DNA from: an uncultured Myxococcaceae bacterium
Lineage (GTDB): Bacteria; Myxococcota_A; Polyangia; Polyangiales; Ga0077539
DNA: 64,000 nt
Assembly: GCA_966211675.1 (NCBI GenBank)
Contig: CBIHPK010000012.1
Location: 6,430-70,429 of the forward strand
Direction of reading: 5' to 3'
Within the stretch, counting starts at the first letter, position 1. Every line of letters starts with the position of its first letter. The notes beneath the pieces were generated by a model, which had not been told where the DNA came from, did no database searches, and was given only the letters and a program-made list of their open reading frames with translations. Position numbers and translations under genes: made by a program. Shown one piece after another: positions 6,969 through 20,579 of the stretch.

Positions 6969-8549
6969 ATGAACGACCCCGTATGGAAGCAGGCGATCGC
7001 GCTGGCGTGGATGACCGCGGGCTGCGGCCTGATGGGCGGCGGTGGGGGCGGCGCGGGGGCGGCGACCCCGGCCAACCTCGCGGCGACCACGAGCACGCCC
7101 ACGAGCGGCGGGTCCGAGGCGAGCCCCGACGCCGAGCTGCGCGCGATGGTGACCGAAGCCCTCACGCCGCAGCTCTGCCCGAGGCTGCTGGGGTCCTACG
7201 TGGGCCTGCCCGGCGAGGGGGACGCGCGCGGCCCGGCGGCGGGCGCGACGGCCTCGGTGGGTCGCTGGTGGATCCGCCGCTGCGAGGCGCGCACCGTGGG
7301 CGACCGGATGGAGCTGGCCATCGGCGGCTCGGGCTGGACCTGGATCGACCGCGAGGCGGGCGGCTTCCGCGTGCGGCAGTACCTGCTCTTCGACGCGAGC
7401 GCCTCGCTCGGGGCGGACGTCACCGTCGGGTACGATCGCGCTCGCCGCGTGGCCTCGCTCTGGATGACCCCCGCCGCGGGGGTGCAGGCCACGATCACCC
7501 CTCGCGGCCTGGTCAACGTCGAGCCCCAGGGCTTCTTCGCGTCGGTGCTCGGCGGCGTGGCCGCGGTGACCGGAGCGTCCGTGAGCGAGCGGGCGCGCAC
7601 GCAGGCCGCGGAGCTCGGCTCGACGCAGCTGCGCGACCGCCTGGGCGCGGGCTTCACGATGACCGTCGCGCTGGAGCGCCGGCAGGTGGACTTCATGGTG
7701 GGCGCGCTGCAGCGGGGCGAGGTGCCCGAGCGGCCCTATCCCGCGGCGGAGGGAGGGCCCTGGCTGGTGAACCAGCGCTCCATGGTGTGGCCGGGCGGCC
7801 TCGACGTGGTGGGCCCGGTGGACGCCTCGCAGGGCGCGCTCGGCCTCGACGTGGCGCTGGAGGAGGGCGACGGGGCGGTGATCCGCGCGGTGTGCGCCGA
7901 GCCCCTGACCCGCTACTTCGACGCGCGCTTCCGCGACCCCGTGGCCACGCCCGCGGCGCCCTCGGGGGAGGTCCTCGCGGAGCTCACGCAGGGGTCTCGC
8001 GAGCGCCACCTCACGCTCCCCGCGCAGGTCTCCGGCGCGCGGTGCCCGGTGGTGCTGACCTTCTCCACCCGCAGCGGCAGCGCCCTCCCCGCGCGCATGC
8101 GCTACCGCGTCGCCCCGGAGCTTCCCGGCGCGGTCGTGACGCCCTCCGCGGCGCGCCGGGTGCGCGTGCAGGTGGTGGGCGTCTCGGTGACGCCGCGCAA
8201 CGCCAGCGGCCGCGCGTGGGACCTCGTCGGCGGCGAGGCCGACGTGCGGGTGATCACCGCGTCGGTGCCGCTGCGGCGCGAGGTCGATCGCACGCCGGTG
8301 GTGGCCGACCGCAACGACGCGACCTGGGGGCGCTGGCTGCCGTCGGCCTTCGAGGTGGGGCGCGACCTGCCGCTGCGCTTCACCGTGGTCGACGACGACA
8401 CGACCACCGAGGAGGTCATCGGCAGCGCCGACCTCGATGCCGACGCGCTCGCCCGAGCGACGCCCGAGCTCTCGCTGCCGGTGCGCACCGCGGGCGCGGT
8501 CCCCACGCAGACGGGCACGCTGCGGCTGCGCATCGAGGCGCTTCCGTGA
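6969..8549 (+). CDS. Lipoprotein with C-terminal C2-like (Ca/lipid-binding type) beta-sandwich domain
   Basis: The start MNDPVWKQAIALAWMTAGC gives a signal peptide plus lipobox. The C-terminal 130 aa (RVRVQVVGVSVTP..GEADVRVI..WGRWLPSAFEV..LRFTVVDDDTTTEEVIGSADL..GTLRLRIEAL) follows the C2-domain strand pattern. Confidence 0.6.
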   Translation: MNDPVWKQAIALAWMTAGCGLMGGGGGGAGAATPANLAATTSTPTSGGSEASPDAELRAMVTEALTPQLCPRLLGSYVGLPGEGDARGPAAGATASVGRWWIRRCEARTVGDRMELAIGGSGWTWIDREAGGFRVRQYLLFDASASLGADVTVGYDRARRVASLWMTPAAGVQATITPRGLVNVEPQGFFASVLGGVAAVTGASVSERARTQAAELGSTQLRDRLGAGFTMTVALERRQVDFMVGALQRGEVPERPYPAAEGGPWLVNQRSMVWPGGLDVVGPVDASQGALGLDVALEEGDGAVIRAVCAEPLTRYFDARFRDPVATPAAPSGEVLAELTQGSRERHLTLPAQVSGARCPVVLTFSTRSGSALPARMRYRVAPELPGAVVTPSAARRVRVQVVGVSVTPRNASGRAWDLVGGEADVRVITASVPLRREVDRTPVVADRNDATWGRWLPSAFEVGRDLPLRFTVVDDDTTTEEVIGSADLDADALARATPELSLPVRTAGAVPTQTGTLRLRIEALP

Positions 8550-8569
8550 AGAGGAGCACGAAGGGACCG

Positions 8570-9709
8570 ATGACCCACCGAAGCGCCGCGGCGCTGCTGG
8601 CCCGCCTCGTGGTCGCGCTGCTGATCGCGACCTCGCTCACCGGATGCCGCCGCGCCCGATCGACCTGGCGACGGCACACCGCGCTCGGCCGGGCGCAGGC
8701 CCAGGCGGCGGTCGTCCGCGCGGCCCGCGTCGCCCGCGGCCGGGCGCACTACGCCCGCTACTGCGCGCTCTGCCACGGTCCCAACGCGGAGGGCTACGCG
8801 GCCGACCACGCCAACGCCCTCGGCAACCAGGACTTCCTCTCCATCGCCTCGAGCGCCTTCCTCCGCGGGGCGATCACCAACGGGCGGCCGGGCACGACCA
8901 TGTCGGCCTGGGGCGAGGCCCACGGCGGCCCCCTCGACGCCCGCAAGATCGACGACATCGTCGCGTACCTCCGCAGCCGCGCCCGCCGCCCCTTCATCGC
9001 CGTGGGCTCGCGCCGCTCGACCGGCGACGCCCAGGCGGGCGGCCGCATCTGGGACCAGCGCTGCCAGACCTGCCACGGGCTGCTCGGCGAGGGCTCCAAC
9101 GTCGCCACCAGCGTCTCCAGCCCGAACTTCCTCCACGCGGTGAGCGACGGCTACCTCCGTCACACCATCACGCACGGCCGCGCGGGCACCCCGATGGTCG
9201 CCTTCAACACCCTCTCTCCCCAGTCGGTCGACGACCTCATCGCGTTCATCCGCAGCGTCGAGCACGTCCCCGGTCCGCCCCCGCCGCCGAACTACGAGCC
9301 CCCGCCCGGGCTCGAGCGGCTGGTGATCAACCCGGAGGGCCGCGCGCCCCAGTTCACGCTGCGCGAGGGGCGCTTCGTGCCCGCCGAGCAGGTCGCCCGC
9401 GCCCTCGCGGAGGGCCGTCGGATGGTGATCCTCGACGCGCGCGCGACCTCCGACTGGTCGGTCAGCCACATCGCGGGCGCCCTGCCGTTTCCGTTCTACA
9501 ACATCGAGGAGATGGCGGGCCGCATCCCCCGCGACGGCACCTGGATCCTCGCGTACTGCGCGTGCCCCCACGCCGCCTCCGGGCACGTCGTGGACGAGCT
9601 GCGGCGTCGCAACTTCCCCCGCACCGCGGTCATCGACGAGGGCTTCCCCTTCTGGACCGCGCACCACTTCCCCACCGCGCACGCGGCGATCATCCCCCCG
9701 ACTCGCTGA
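8570..9709 (+). CDS. Dihaem c-type cytochrome fused to a C-terminal rhodanese-like domain (lipoprotein/secreted)
   Basis: The signal/lipobox is LLIATSLTGC. There are two CXXCH motifs (CALCH, CQTCH), each followed by a Met-containing segment. The C-terminal part (MVILDARATSDWSVSHIAGALPFP..ILAYCACPHAASG) resembles a rhodanese fold with an active-site Cys loop. Confidence 0.75.
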   Translation: MTHRSAAALLARLVVALLIATSLTGCRRARSTWRRHTALGRAQAQAAVVRAARVARGRAHYARYCALCHGPNAEGYAADHANALGNQDFLSIASSAFLRGAITNGRPGTTMSAWGEAHGGPLDARKIDDIVAYLRSRARRPFIAVGSRRSTGDAQAGGRIWDQRCQTCHGLLGEGSNVATSVSSPNFLHAVSDGYLRHTITHGRAGTPMVAFNTLSPQSVDDLIAFIRSVEHVPGPPPPPNYEPPPGLERLVINPEGRAPQFTLREGRFVPAEQVARALAEGRRMVILDARATSDWSVSHIAGALPFPFYNIEEMAGRIPRDGTWILAYCACPHAASGHVVDELRRRNFPRTAVIDEGFPFWTAHHFPTAHAAIIPPTR

Positions 9710-9769
9710 CCCGAGCACCGCCCGCAGCTTTCTTGGTGCCGCGCCGGGGCTTGGGCTAACCGACCATCG

Positions 9770-10777
9770 ATGATGGACCGTCCGGGCGCGATCCTCGGCC
9801 GACGTTACGAGCTGGAGCATTGCCTGGGCGCCGGGGCGATGGCCCGCGTCTGGTGCGCGACGGACCTGCACACGCAGGAGCGCGTGGCGATCAAGCGCGT
9901 GCTGGAGACCGTGCGCGACCGCGAGGACACGACGGCGCGCTTCCTCGACGAGATCCGGGTGACGCGCACGGTGGAGCACCCGCACGTCGCCGCGGGGCTC
10001 GACCACGGCCTCGACGGCGGCCCCTTCCTGGTGCTCGAGTGGGTCGACGGGGTCGACGCGCACGCCCTGGTCTCTCGCGGCGAGCGGGTGTCCCTCGCGG
10101 CCGGCGCGGCGATCGCGCTCGACCTCGCCGACGCGCTCTCCGCGGTGCACGCGCACCGCACCGGGGTGCTCCATCGGGACATCGCCCCGGGCAACGTGCT
10201 GCTCTCCCGCGACGGCCGCGCGCTGCTCTCGGACTTCGGCCTCGCGCGCTGGCTCGCCTGCCCCCGCGCGCAGCCCGCGCACATCGTGGTGGGCAAGCTC
10301 GGCTACCTGGCGCCGGAGGTGCTGCGCGGCCGGGTGCACGGCGTCCGGGCGGACCTCTACGGCCTCGGCGCGACGCTCTGGGAACTCCTCGCGGGCCGGA
10401 GGTTGTGGGCCCACGAGACGGACCCCGCGGCGAGGGCCAGGGCGTGGATGCGCAGCCCGAGGACGCCGCTCGCCGAGGCGTCGCCGGAGGTTCCGGCGCA
10501 CCTGGCGGCGGTGGTCGACCGGTGCCTCGCGCTCGACCCCGCGGCGCGCCCCGCCAACGCGCGCGCCCTGCGCGAGGCGCTGGAGCGGGCCCTCGCCCGC
10601 GACCGGATCACCCCCTGCCGCGACGAGCTCGCCTGCGCCGTGTGGACCGCGACGAAGGACCTCCCCGCGCCGCAGCCCACCGCGAGGATTCGCCGCAGCC
10701 GCGCGGCCTACGTGACGGTGAGCGCGCTGGCGGTGCCGTCGGCGATCCGTCCCCGGGCGATCGCGGCCGTCGGCTGA
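9770..10777 (+). CDS. Ser/Thr protein kinase (Hanks type), catalytic loop variant HRDIAPGN
   Basis: Motifs present: LGAGAMARVW (G-loop), VAIK, HRDIAPGNVLL, SDFGLAR, GYLAPEV, DLYGLGATLWELL. Confidence 0.85.
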   Translation: MMDRPGAILGRRYELEHCLGAGAMARVWCATDLHTQERVAIKRVLETVRDREDTTARFLDEIRVTRTVEHPHVAAGLDHGLDGGPFLVLEWVDGVDAHALVSRGERVSLAAGAAIALDLADALSAVHAHRTGVLHRDIAPGNVLLSRDGRALLSDFGLARWLACPRAQPAHIVVGKLGYLAPEVLRGRVHGVRADLYGLGATLWELLAGRRLWAHETDPAARARAWMRSPRTPLAEASPEVPAHLAAVVDRCLALDPAARPANARALREALERALARDRITPCRDELACAVWTATKDLPAPQPTARIRRSRAAYVTVSALAVPSAIRPRAIAAVG

Positions 10778-10784
10778 CGCCCCT

Positions 10785-11144
10785 TCAGTGGTGATAGATG
10801 GCGTCGGGCCGGAGGGCCTCGTAGTGCCGCACGGCCGCGTCGCCGACCGCCTTCACGGAGGCCGCGAAGAGCGCGGGCCGCGCCGCCCAGCCCACCAGCG
10901 GAACCCACCCGACGGCCTCGCCGAGGGCCTTCACCCCGAGGTTCTTCACGGTGGAGAGCCCGATGAGCTTCACCGCGCCGGCGTCGTCGATGCGCTCTCC
11001 ATAGGCGGCCGCGATGTCGACGACCAGCTTCACCTCCGCGGCGGTGACCGCCATGGAGGTGCCCGGGACCGGGATGAGCCCGCCGACCCCCGCCCCCGCC
11101 GCGTATTTCATCACGAGCTGCTGACAGTGTTCGCGTGCGAGCAT
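10785..11144 (-). CDS. Small DUF697-like protein
   Basis: Internal ATG at 11144 (MLAREHCQQLV) is preceded by GGAGG. AGVGGLIPVPGTSMAVTAAEVKLVVDIAAAYG resembles the DUF697 core. Upstream, the track ORF runs into the tRNA gene, so the short form is preferred. Confidence 0.5.
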   Translation of the reverse strand: MLAREHCQQLVMKYAAGAGVGGLIPVPGTSMAVTAAEVKLVVDIAAAYGERIDDAGAVKLIGLSTVKNLGVKALGEAVGWVPLVGWAARPALFAASVKAVGDAAVRHYEALRPDAIYHH

Positions 11145-11187
11145 CGGGGGGCCTCCGACCGAAGGGCCTGTTGGGGGGTAGAAGAAC

Positions 11188-11261
11188 GGTGCGCGGGGCA
11201 GGGATCGAACCTGCGACATCCTGCGTGTAAAGCAGGCGCTCTGCCACTGAGCTAACCGCGC
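11188..11261 (-). tRNA. tRNA-Val (anticodon UAC)
   Basis: The reverse complement folds as a cloverleaf: GCGCGGT TA GCTC AGTGGCA GAGC G CCTGC TTTACAC GCAGG ATGTC GCAGG TTCGATC CCTGC CCCGCGC A CC. The anticodon loop UU-UAC-AC gives Val. There is one U7-C66 mismatch, and CCA is not fully encoded. Confidence 0.85.
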
Positions 11262-11299
11262 TCGCGAGACCCCCCTTGTGCTCCGCGGGGGTCCGCAGG

Positions 11300-13780
<2,481 letters not shown>

Positions 13781-13804
13781 GGAGGCTCCTAAGGCGAGAG
13801 GAGG

Positions 13805-15061
<1,257 letters not shown>

Positions 15062-15169
15062 CAGTGCCTCGTTCCTCCACGGCTCAATGCGCGTGGCTGG
15101 GATATGCTCAATCCGGGTCGAGTCTAGACGCCGCCCCACTACGGGGCAAGCGAACCGCAGCGATCGCGC

Positions 15170-15792
<623 letters not shown>

Positions 15793-15796
<4 letters not shown>

Positions 15797-17094
15797 GCCT
15801 CCTTCGCCGGACCGACTTCGCTGGCGTCGGTCGGCACCTCCGTGATCGTCGCCTTGCTCAACAGCAGGTCGAGCACCTTCTTCTCCAGCACCTCGCTGAT
15901 GAGCAGGTCGCGCTTCTGCTGGTCGCGGTACTCCACGCGCAGCCGCGGGAGCGCGCGCCCGGTCTCCTTCGCCATCTCCTCGAGCCGGGCGTTGAGGTCC
16001 GCCTCGGTGACGCTGATGCCGTGCGTGCGCGCCACCTCGGTGAGGAGCAGGCCTGCGCGCACCCGCTGCTCGGCCTCGCCGCGCAGGGTCGACTCGAGGT
16101 CGGCGCCCTCGCCGAGCGAGCCGCCGAGCTCGCGCAGCAGCGACGGCCGGAGCTGCCCGAGCACCTGGGTCACGAGCGACGGCGGCACCGGGATGGTGTT
16201 GGCCTTCACCAGGCTCTCGATGGCCTCCTCGCGGACCTCGTCGTCCGAGCGGTCGGCGAACTGCTTCTGGAGCGTGGCGAGCGTGCTGGCCTTGAGGGCC
16301 TCGAGGCTCTCGGCGCCGACGTCCTTGGCGAACTCGTCGTCGAGCTCGGGGAGCACCTTCTCCTGGAGCGCGGTGAGCGACAGGCGGAAGGCGGCGGTCT
16401 TGCCCGCGAGCTCCTTCTGACGGTGCGTCTCCGGGAAGGTCACCGGGACCTCACGGGTCTCGCCCGGGGACATTCCCCGGAGGCCGTCGTCGATCTCCTT
16501 GATCAGGGTGTTGCGGCCGAGCTCCACGGTGCGGCCCTTGGCGCCGAACTCCACCAGCTCGTTGCCGTCGACCAGGATCGCGACGTCGAAGGTCGCCGTG
16601 TCCGTCTCCTTCGCGGGGCGCATGGGCTCCGGCGTGCGGAGCGTGGCGTTCTCCTCGCGCTTCTGCTGGAGGGCGACGTCGAGCTCCTTGTCGCCGACGG
16701 AGTAGACCTTGCGGGTGAGCTTGAGCGCGCCGAGGTCGATGCCGCTCATGTCGGGGCGGACCTCGACCTGCGCGGTGTAGGCCCACTCGGCGGTGCTCAG
16801 CAGGTCGCTCTCGGTCTCGACGCGCGGCTGGCCGATGACCTCGAGCTTCTGATCGCGGATGGCGCCCGGCAGCGTCTCGTCGATCATCTTGCGGAACACG
16901 TCCGACGCGACCTGCCCCCCGAAGTACTGCTTCAGCACCGGGCGCGGCACCTTGCCCTTGCGGAACCCTCGGATCTGCGCGTCGCGCCCGAGCTTCTGGA
17001 AGGCGCGGTCGAGTTCGGCGTCGACCTTCTCCTTGGCCAGGACGACGCGGAGCGACACTTCAACGGGCGAGAGACGCGAGACAGTGACCTGCAT
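15793..17094 (-). CDS. tig: Trigger factor
   Basis: Start [17 protein letters not shown] at ATG 17094. The ribosome-binging region GFRKGKVP (trigger-factor signature) is present. The gene overlaps the clpP start by 4 nt. Confidence 0.9.
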
Positions 17095-17174
17095 GGAACG
17101 CTGTGCCTCAACGGGGGGTGAAAGGTGACGGGCGGCGGACTCTAACGAGGGGGGCCTATGTGTCAAGCACGCGA

Positions 17175-18167
17175 TCAGCGGATGGCGGTGACCCAGCCGA
17201 GCGCTCGACGCACCTCCGGCACGAAGTCCGGCGGCAGCTGGTGCCCCGCGGCGGCGAGGATACGGAGCTCGATCCGACCCAGGCGCTCGCGGCGCATGAG
17301 CGCGGCGGCGCGCCGGGAGCGCTCGACGATGCCATCACCGGCACCGGTAAGGAGGTACACGCGGCGGAGCGCTCGACGGGCCGCGGGGTAGAGCTCGGTG
17401 TTCATCCCGACGTAGCCGTCGTGCGCGGCGAAGATCACCCAGCGGGGGAAGACCACCGGCTCCATCAGGCCGGTCTGCATCGCCACGAAGGCGCCCTCGC
17501 TGAAGCCCATCACCACGTTGTCGTTGCGCCGGACCCGCCGGGGGAAGCGGCGCGAGAGCGCGTCGAGCGAGGCCATGGTGTAGCTGTGGGCGAGCGCGGC
17601 GTTGTTGTTCCAGACCCGGTGGCCGTCTCCGCGGACACCGGGGCCCTGCGGGCAGACCAGCCACCCCCGCTGCGTCACCACCGGGGCGAAGCGGGCGCAG
17701 TTCTCCCTCGGGTCGGCCCCCCGCGCGTGCAGGTACACGAACACCCTCGCCCGGCCCCCTACCCTCGGCCGGAAGAACCACGCGTCTGGAATCCCCGGGA
17801 GCTCCAGCTGCTCGGGGTCCGCCGGGTTGCGCCGCCGCCGGGCCCGCTGCGCCGCCACCAGCCGCTCGTGCTCGAGCCGGTCGTCCGAGCGGCCGAACAT
17901 CCGCGCCCGCACCGGACGCGTGGTGCCGGTCACCGTGTTGGGCCGGGTGGGCAGCGGCTCGTCCGGCTGCGCGTGCGCCTCGGGGGCGGGCGACGGGGTC
18001 GGCCCGTCGTCGGGCAGCTCCGTCGAGTCGCCGACGACGATCGGGTCGGGCTCGGCGCTCCCTCCATCGGGCGCGGGCTGGGCCGCCGCCCCGGGCGACC
18101 ACAGCGCGACCGCGAGCAGCGCTCCGCGCGCGAGGGACCATGGCCTGGTGGGGTGACCCGGGGACAT
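17175..18167 (-). CDS. Secreted alpha/beta-hydrolase (esterase/depolymerase-like)
   Basis: Signal peptide LLAVALWSPGAAAQP, followed by a Pro-rich linker. The nucleophile-elbow-like motif is GFSEGA, and D/H candidates occur later (GAGDGIV, AAGHQLP). Confidence 0.6.
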   Translation of the reverse strand: MSPGHPTRPWSLARGALLAVALWSPGAAAQPAPDGGSAEPDPIVVGDSTELPDDGPTPSPAPEAHAQPDEPLPTRPNTVTGTTRPVRARMFGRSDDRLEHERLVAAQRARRRRNPADPEQLELPGIPDAWFFRPRVGGRARVFVYLHARGADPRENCARFAPVVTQRGWLVCPQGPGVRGDGHRVWNNNAALAHSYTMASLDALSRRFPRRVRRNDNVVMGFSEGAFVAMQTGLMEPVVFPRWVIFAAHDGYVGMNTELYPAARRALRRVYLLTGAGDGIVERSRRAAALMRRERLGRIELRILAAAGHQLPPDFVPEVRRALGWVTAIR

Positions 18168-18208
18168 TGGGCGGAGTGCGTTAGCGCCCGTCCGCGCCGA
18201 GGGTCAAG

Positions 18209-19966
18209 TCAGGGCGCCGGGGCCGGCGCCTCCTCGGGCTCGTGCATCACCGCCGGGGCGGGGCGGGTGCGCAGCGAGCGCGTGTAGTCGACGACCATCG
18301 TCAGCTCGCGCTCGTTCATCCGATCGTGGAAGCGCGGCATGTGATTGCGCTCGCCGTAGTTCTCGCGTGCGCCGGGGTTGAGCATCTGCGCGCGGATGTA
18401 CGCGCGGGAGCCCCACGCGTCGAGGTTCGGGGCGTCGCGGTCGACGGCCTCGGTGCCGGAGGTGTCGCCCTCCCCCTGGTGGCAGGTGGTGCAGCGGCGG
18501 TGGTAGATCGTGTCGCCCGCGGCCACGAGCGCGGCGTCCGGGGTCGGCTCGCCGGGCTCATACCCCCTCGAGTAAAGCCACTCCGCCACCGCCCGCACCC
18601 CGTCGTCGTGGAGGCGCCGGAGCTGCCCCCGCATGTCGTGGATCTCCGTGGTCCCCATGAGCTCCGGGTGGTCGGGCCATACGACGAAGGCCGTCGCCCA
18701 CTCGCGGGAGCCGAAGCCGTCGAGCCGAGGGCCCTTGTGCTCGCGGCTCACGCCGCGCACGGCGTGGCAGGTTCCGCAGTGCTGCACGAAGAGCTCGCCG
18801 GGGCGCACCGCGGGGTCGTTGTGGAGCATCTCCAGCGGACCCTCCGGGGGAATGCCCGCTCGGGCGAGCCGCCTCGCCCGCCCCGCGGTGGCCTGGGCCT
18901 CCCGGAGCGAGCGACGGAAGGCGGGCGTCGCGAGGCCGCGGCGCTGCTGAACGCCCAGCGCCACCGCGCCGAGGCCCGCCAGCACCAGCGGCAGCAGCAC
19001 CAGAGCGCGCCGGAAGCGGGAGTCGCTCCGGTCGATCCAGGGCAGCAGCGCGAGGAAGGTGGTGAGCGCGCCGGGGATGATCATCGTGCCGATGACCTGA
19101 CGGCGGCCCGGGAAGTACCGGAGCAGCTGCGAGAGCGGCGAGAAGAACCAGGTGGGCACCGCGGGGAAGTGGCTCGCGGAGTCGGCCGGGGCGTCGAGGG
19201 GAGCGCCCCACTTGAGGGCCAGCCAGGTGACCACCGCGACGGCGACCATCGCCGCGACGGCGTCGCGCGCGGCCTGGCCGGGCCACCATCGGGCCTGCGG
19301 GTCGCCGCGATCGGCGTCGCCCTTCAGGCCGTGGCGGCGGACCATCGCGACGTGCGCCCGCACGCCCAGCAGCAGCGCCAGCGGGACCAGCCACACGTGC
19401 AGGGTGTGGAAGCGCGTCAGGGTGAGCTGGCCGAAGTGCGCTCCGCCGATGAGCAGGCGCTGGAGGGCGTGACCCAGCAGCGGGACGCTCGCGATGATGC
19501 CGACCTCGATGCGGGAGACCCAGTAGCCGCGCTGGTCCCAGGAGAGCGGGAAGCCGGTCATCGCGGCGAAGAGGACCAGACCCCCGAGCGCGAGGCCGAG
19601 CAGGTGGTTGATCTCTCGCGGCCGGCGCGATGCCCGGTCGACGACCACCTGCACGAGGTGCAGCCCGAGCAGCACCACGATGGCGTGCATGCCGAAGTGA
19701 TGGAGCCCACGCACGAGGTGCCCCCACGGCAGCACCACCTCCATGTACCAGGTGCTCGACCACGCGGCGGTGGTGGTGGGCGAGTACACCGTCATCATCG
19801 CAGCGCCGGTGACCGCCTCCAGCAGCAGCAGCGAGACCAGCGCGGCGCCGAACACGCGACGCCAGCGGGGACCGCCGGGCGCCGCCACGTCGACCGCGCG
19901 CCCGAGGGCGCTCGGCAGCCCGGTGCGCTCCTCGAGGAAGGCCTTCCATCGCGGGGGCGAGGTCAT
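18209..19966 (-). CDS. Cytochrome b fused to a C-terminal dihaem cytochrome c domain (bc-complex subunit)
   Basis: ATG 19966 (MTSPPRWKAFLEERTGL). The cytochrome b N-terminal part contains GHLVRGLHHFGMHAIVVLLGLH. The C-terminal part carries CGTCH and CTTCH. The gene starts 4 nt after the Rieske gene. Confidence 0.8.
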   Translation of the reverse strand: MTSPPRWKAFLEERTGLPSALGRAVDVAAPGGPRWRRVFGAALVSLLLLEAVTGAAMMTVYSPTTTAAWSSTWYMEVVLPWGHLVRGLHHFGMHAIVVLLGLHLVQVVVDRASRRPREINHLLGLALGGLVLFAAMTGFPLSWDQRGYWVSRIEVGIIASVPLLGHALQRLLIGGAHFGQLTLTRFHTLHVWLVPLALLLGVRAHVAMVRRHGLKGDADRGDPQARWWPGQAARDAVAAMVAVAVVTWLALKWGAPLDAPADSASHFPAVPTWFFSPLSQLLRYFPGRRQVIGTMIIPGALTTFLALLPWIDRSDSRFRRALVLLPLVLAGLGAVALGVQQRRGLATPAFRRSLREAQATAGRARRLARAGIPPEGPLEMLHNDPAVRPGELFVQHCGTCHAVRGVSREHKGPRLDGFGSREWATAFVVWPDHPELMGTTEIHDMRGQLRRLHDDGVRAVAEWLYSRGYEPGEPTPDAALVAAGDTIYHRRCTTCHQGEGDTSGTEAVDRDAPNLDAWGSRAYIRAQMLNPGARENYGERNHMPRFHDRMNERELTMVVDYTRSLRTRPAPAVMHEPEEAPAPAP

Positions 19967-19970
19967 GCGA

Positions 19971-20504
19971 TCAGCCCTCCTCGCGGATGCGCTCGGCCAC
20001 GCCGAGCCGGAAGCGCGCCCAGCGCACCTCGACGTGACCGTCGCGCACCCGCGCCTCGATCGGGTCCATCGCGCGGGGAGAGGGGCCGCGCAGCGCCTCG
20101 CCGCGGCGATCGAAATCGCTGGTGTGGCAGGGGCACACGAAGCCCGTATCGCTGCGATCGATGAGGCAGCCGAGGTGGGGGCATACGGCCGAGAGCGCGC
20201 GCAGGGTCTCCGGCCCCTCACCCCCGCGGAGCAGCCAGACGGTGCCGAGGCGGCGGTCGGGCGAGACGTTCCAGACGTCGACCTCCGCGCCGATGACGTG
20301 CGCCTGGACGGGAGTGCCGATCGCGAGCTGCTCCCAGCGCGCCACCGCGCGCCAGCCCTCGTCGCCGCCCGGAGGACGGCCCGGCAGGCGCGGCGCGTTC
20401 GCGGAGGAGGCCACCAACGCCGCCGCGGGCAGCACGACCGCCCCTGCGGCCGCGGCGCCCGCGACCCCGGCCACGACCTTCAATGCCTTCCTTCGATCGA
20501 CCAT
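19971..20504 (-). CDS. Rieske [2Fe-2S] subunit with Tat-type signal
   Basis: MVDRRKALKVVAG is a twin-Arg-like signal. CPHLGC and CPCH are the Rieske motifs. Confidence 0.85.
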   Translation of the reverse strand: MVDRRKALKVVAGVAGAAAAGAVVLPAAALVASSANAPRLPGRPPGGDEGWRAVARWEQLAIGTPVQAHVIGAEVDVWNVSPDRRLGTVWLLRGGEGPETLRALSAVCPHLGCLIDRSDTGFVCPCHTSDFDRRGEALRGPSPRAMDPIEARVRDGHVEVRWARFRLGVAERIREEG

Positions 20505-20579
20505 TCCTCGGGGACCTCCACCTTCACGCGTCGATGTGCCGCTGCCGGACTCGAAACCCGTGCACTATCCTCGCAGTCG

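Noticed and set aside
4632-8009. Track ORF suggesting a single 1125-aa protein
   Set aside because: Only the C-terminal 497 aa match ImuB. The upstream part is an out-of-frame read-through of imuA and of the antisense of the lipoprotein gene.
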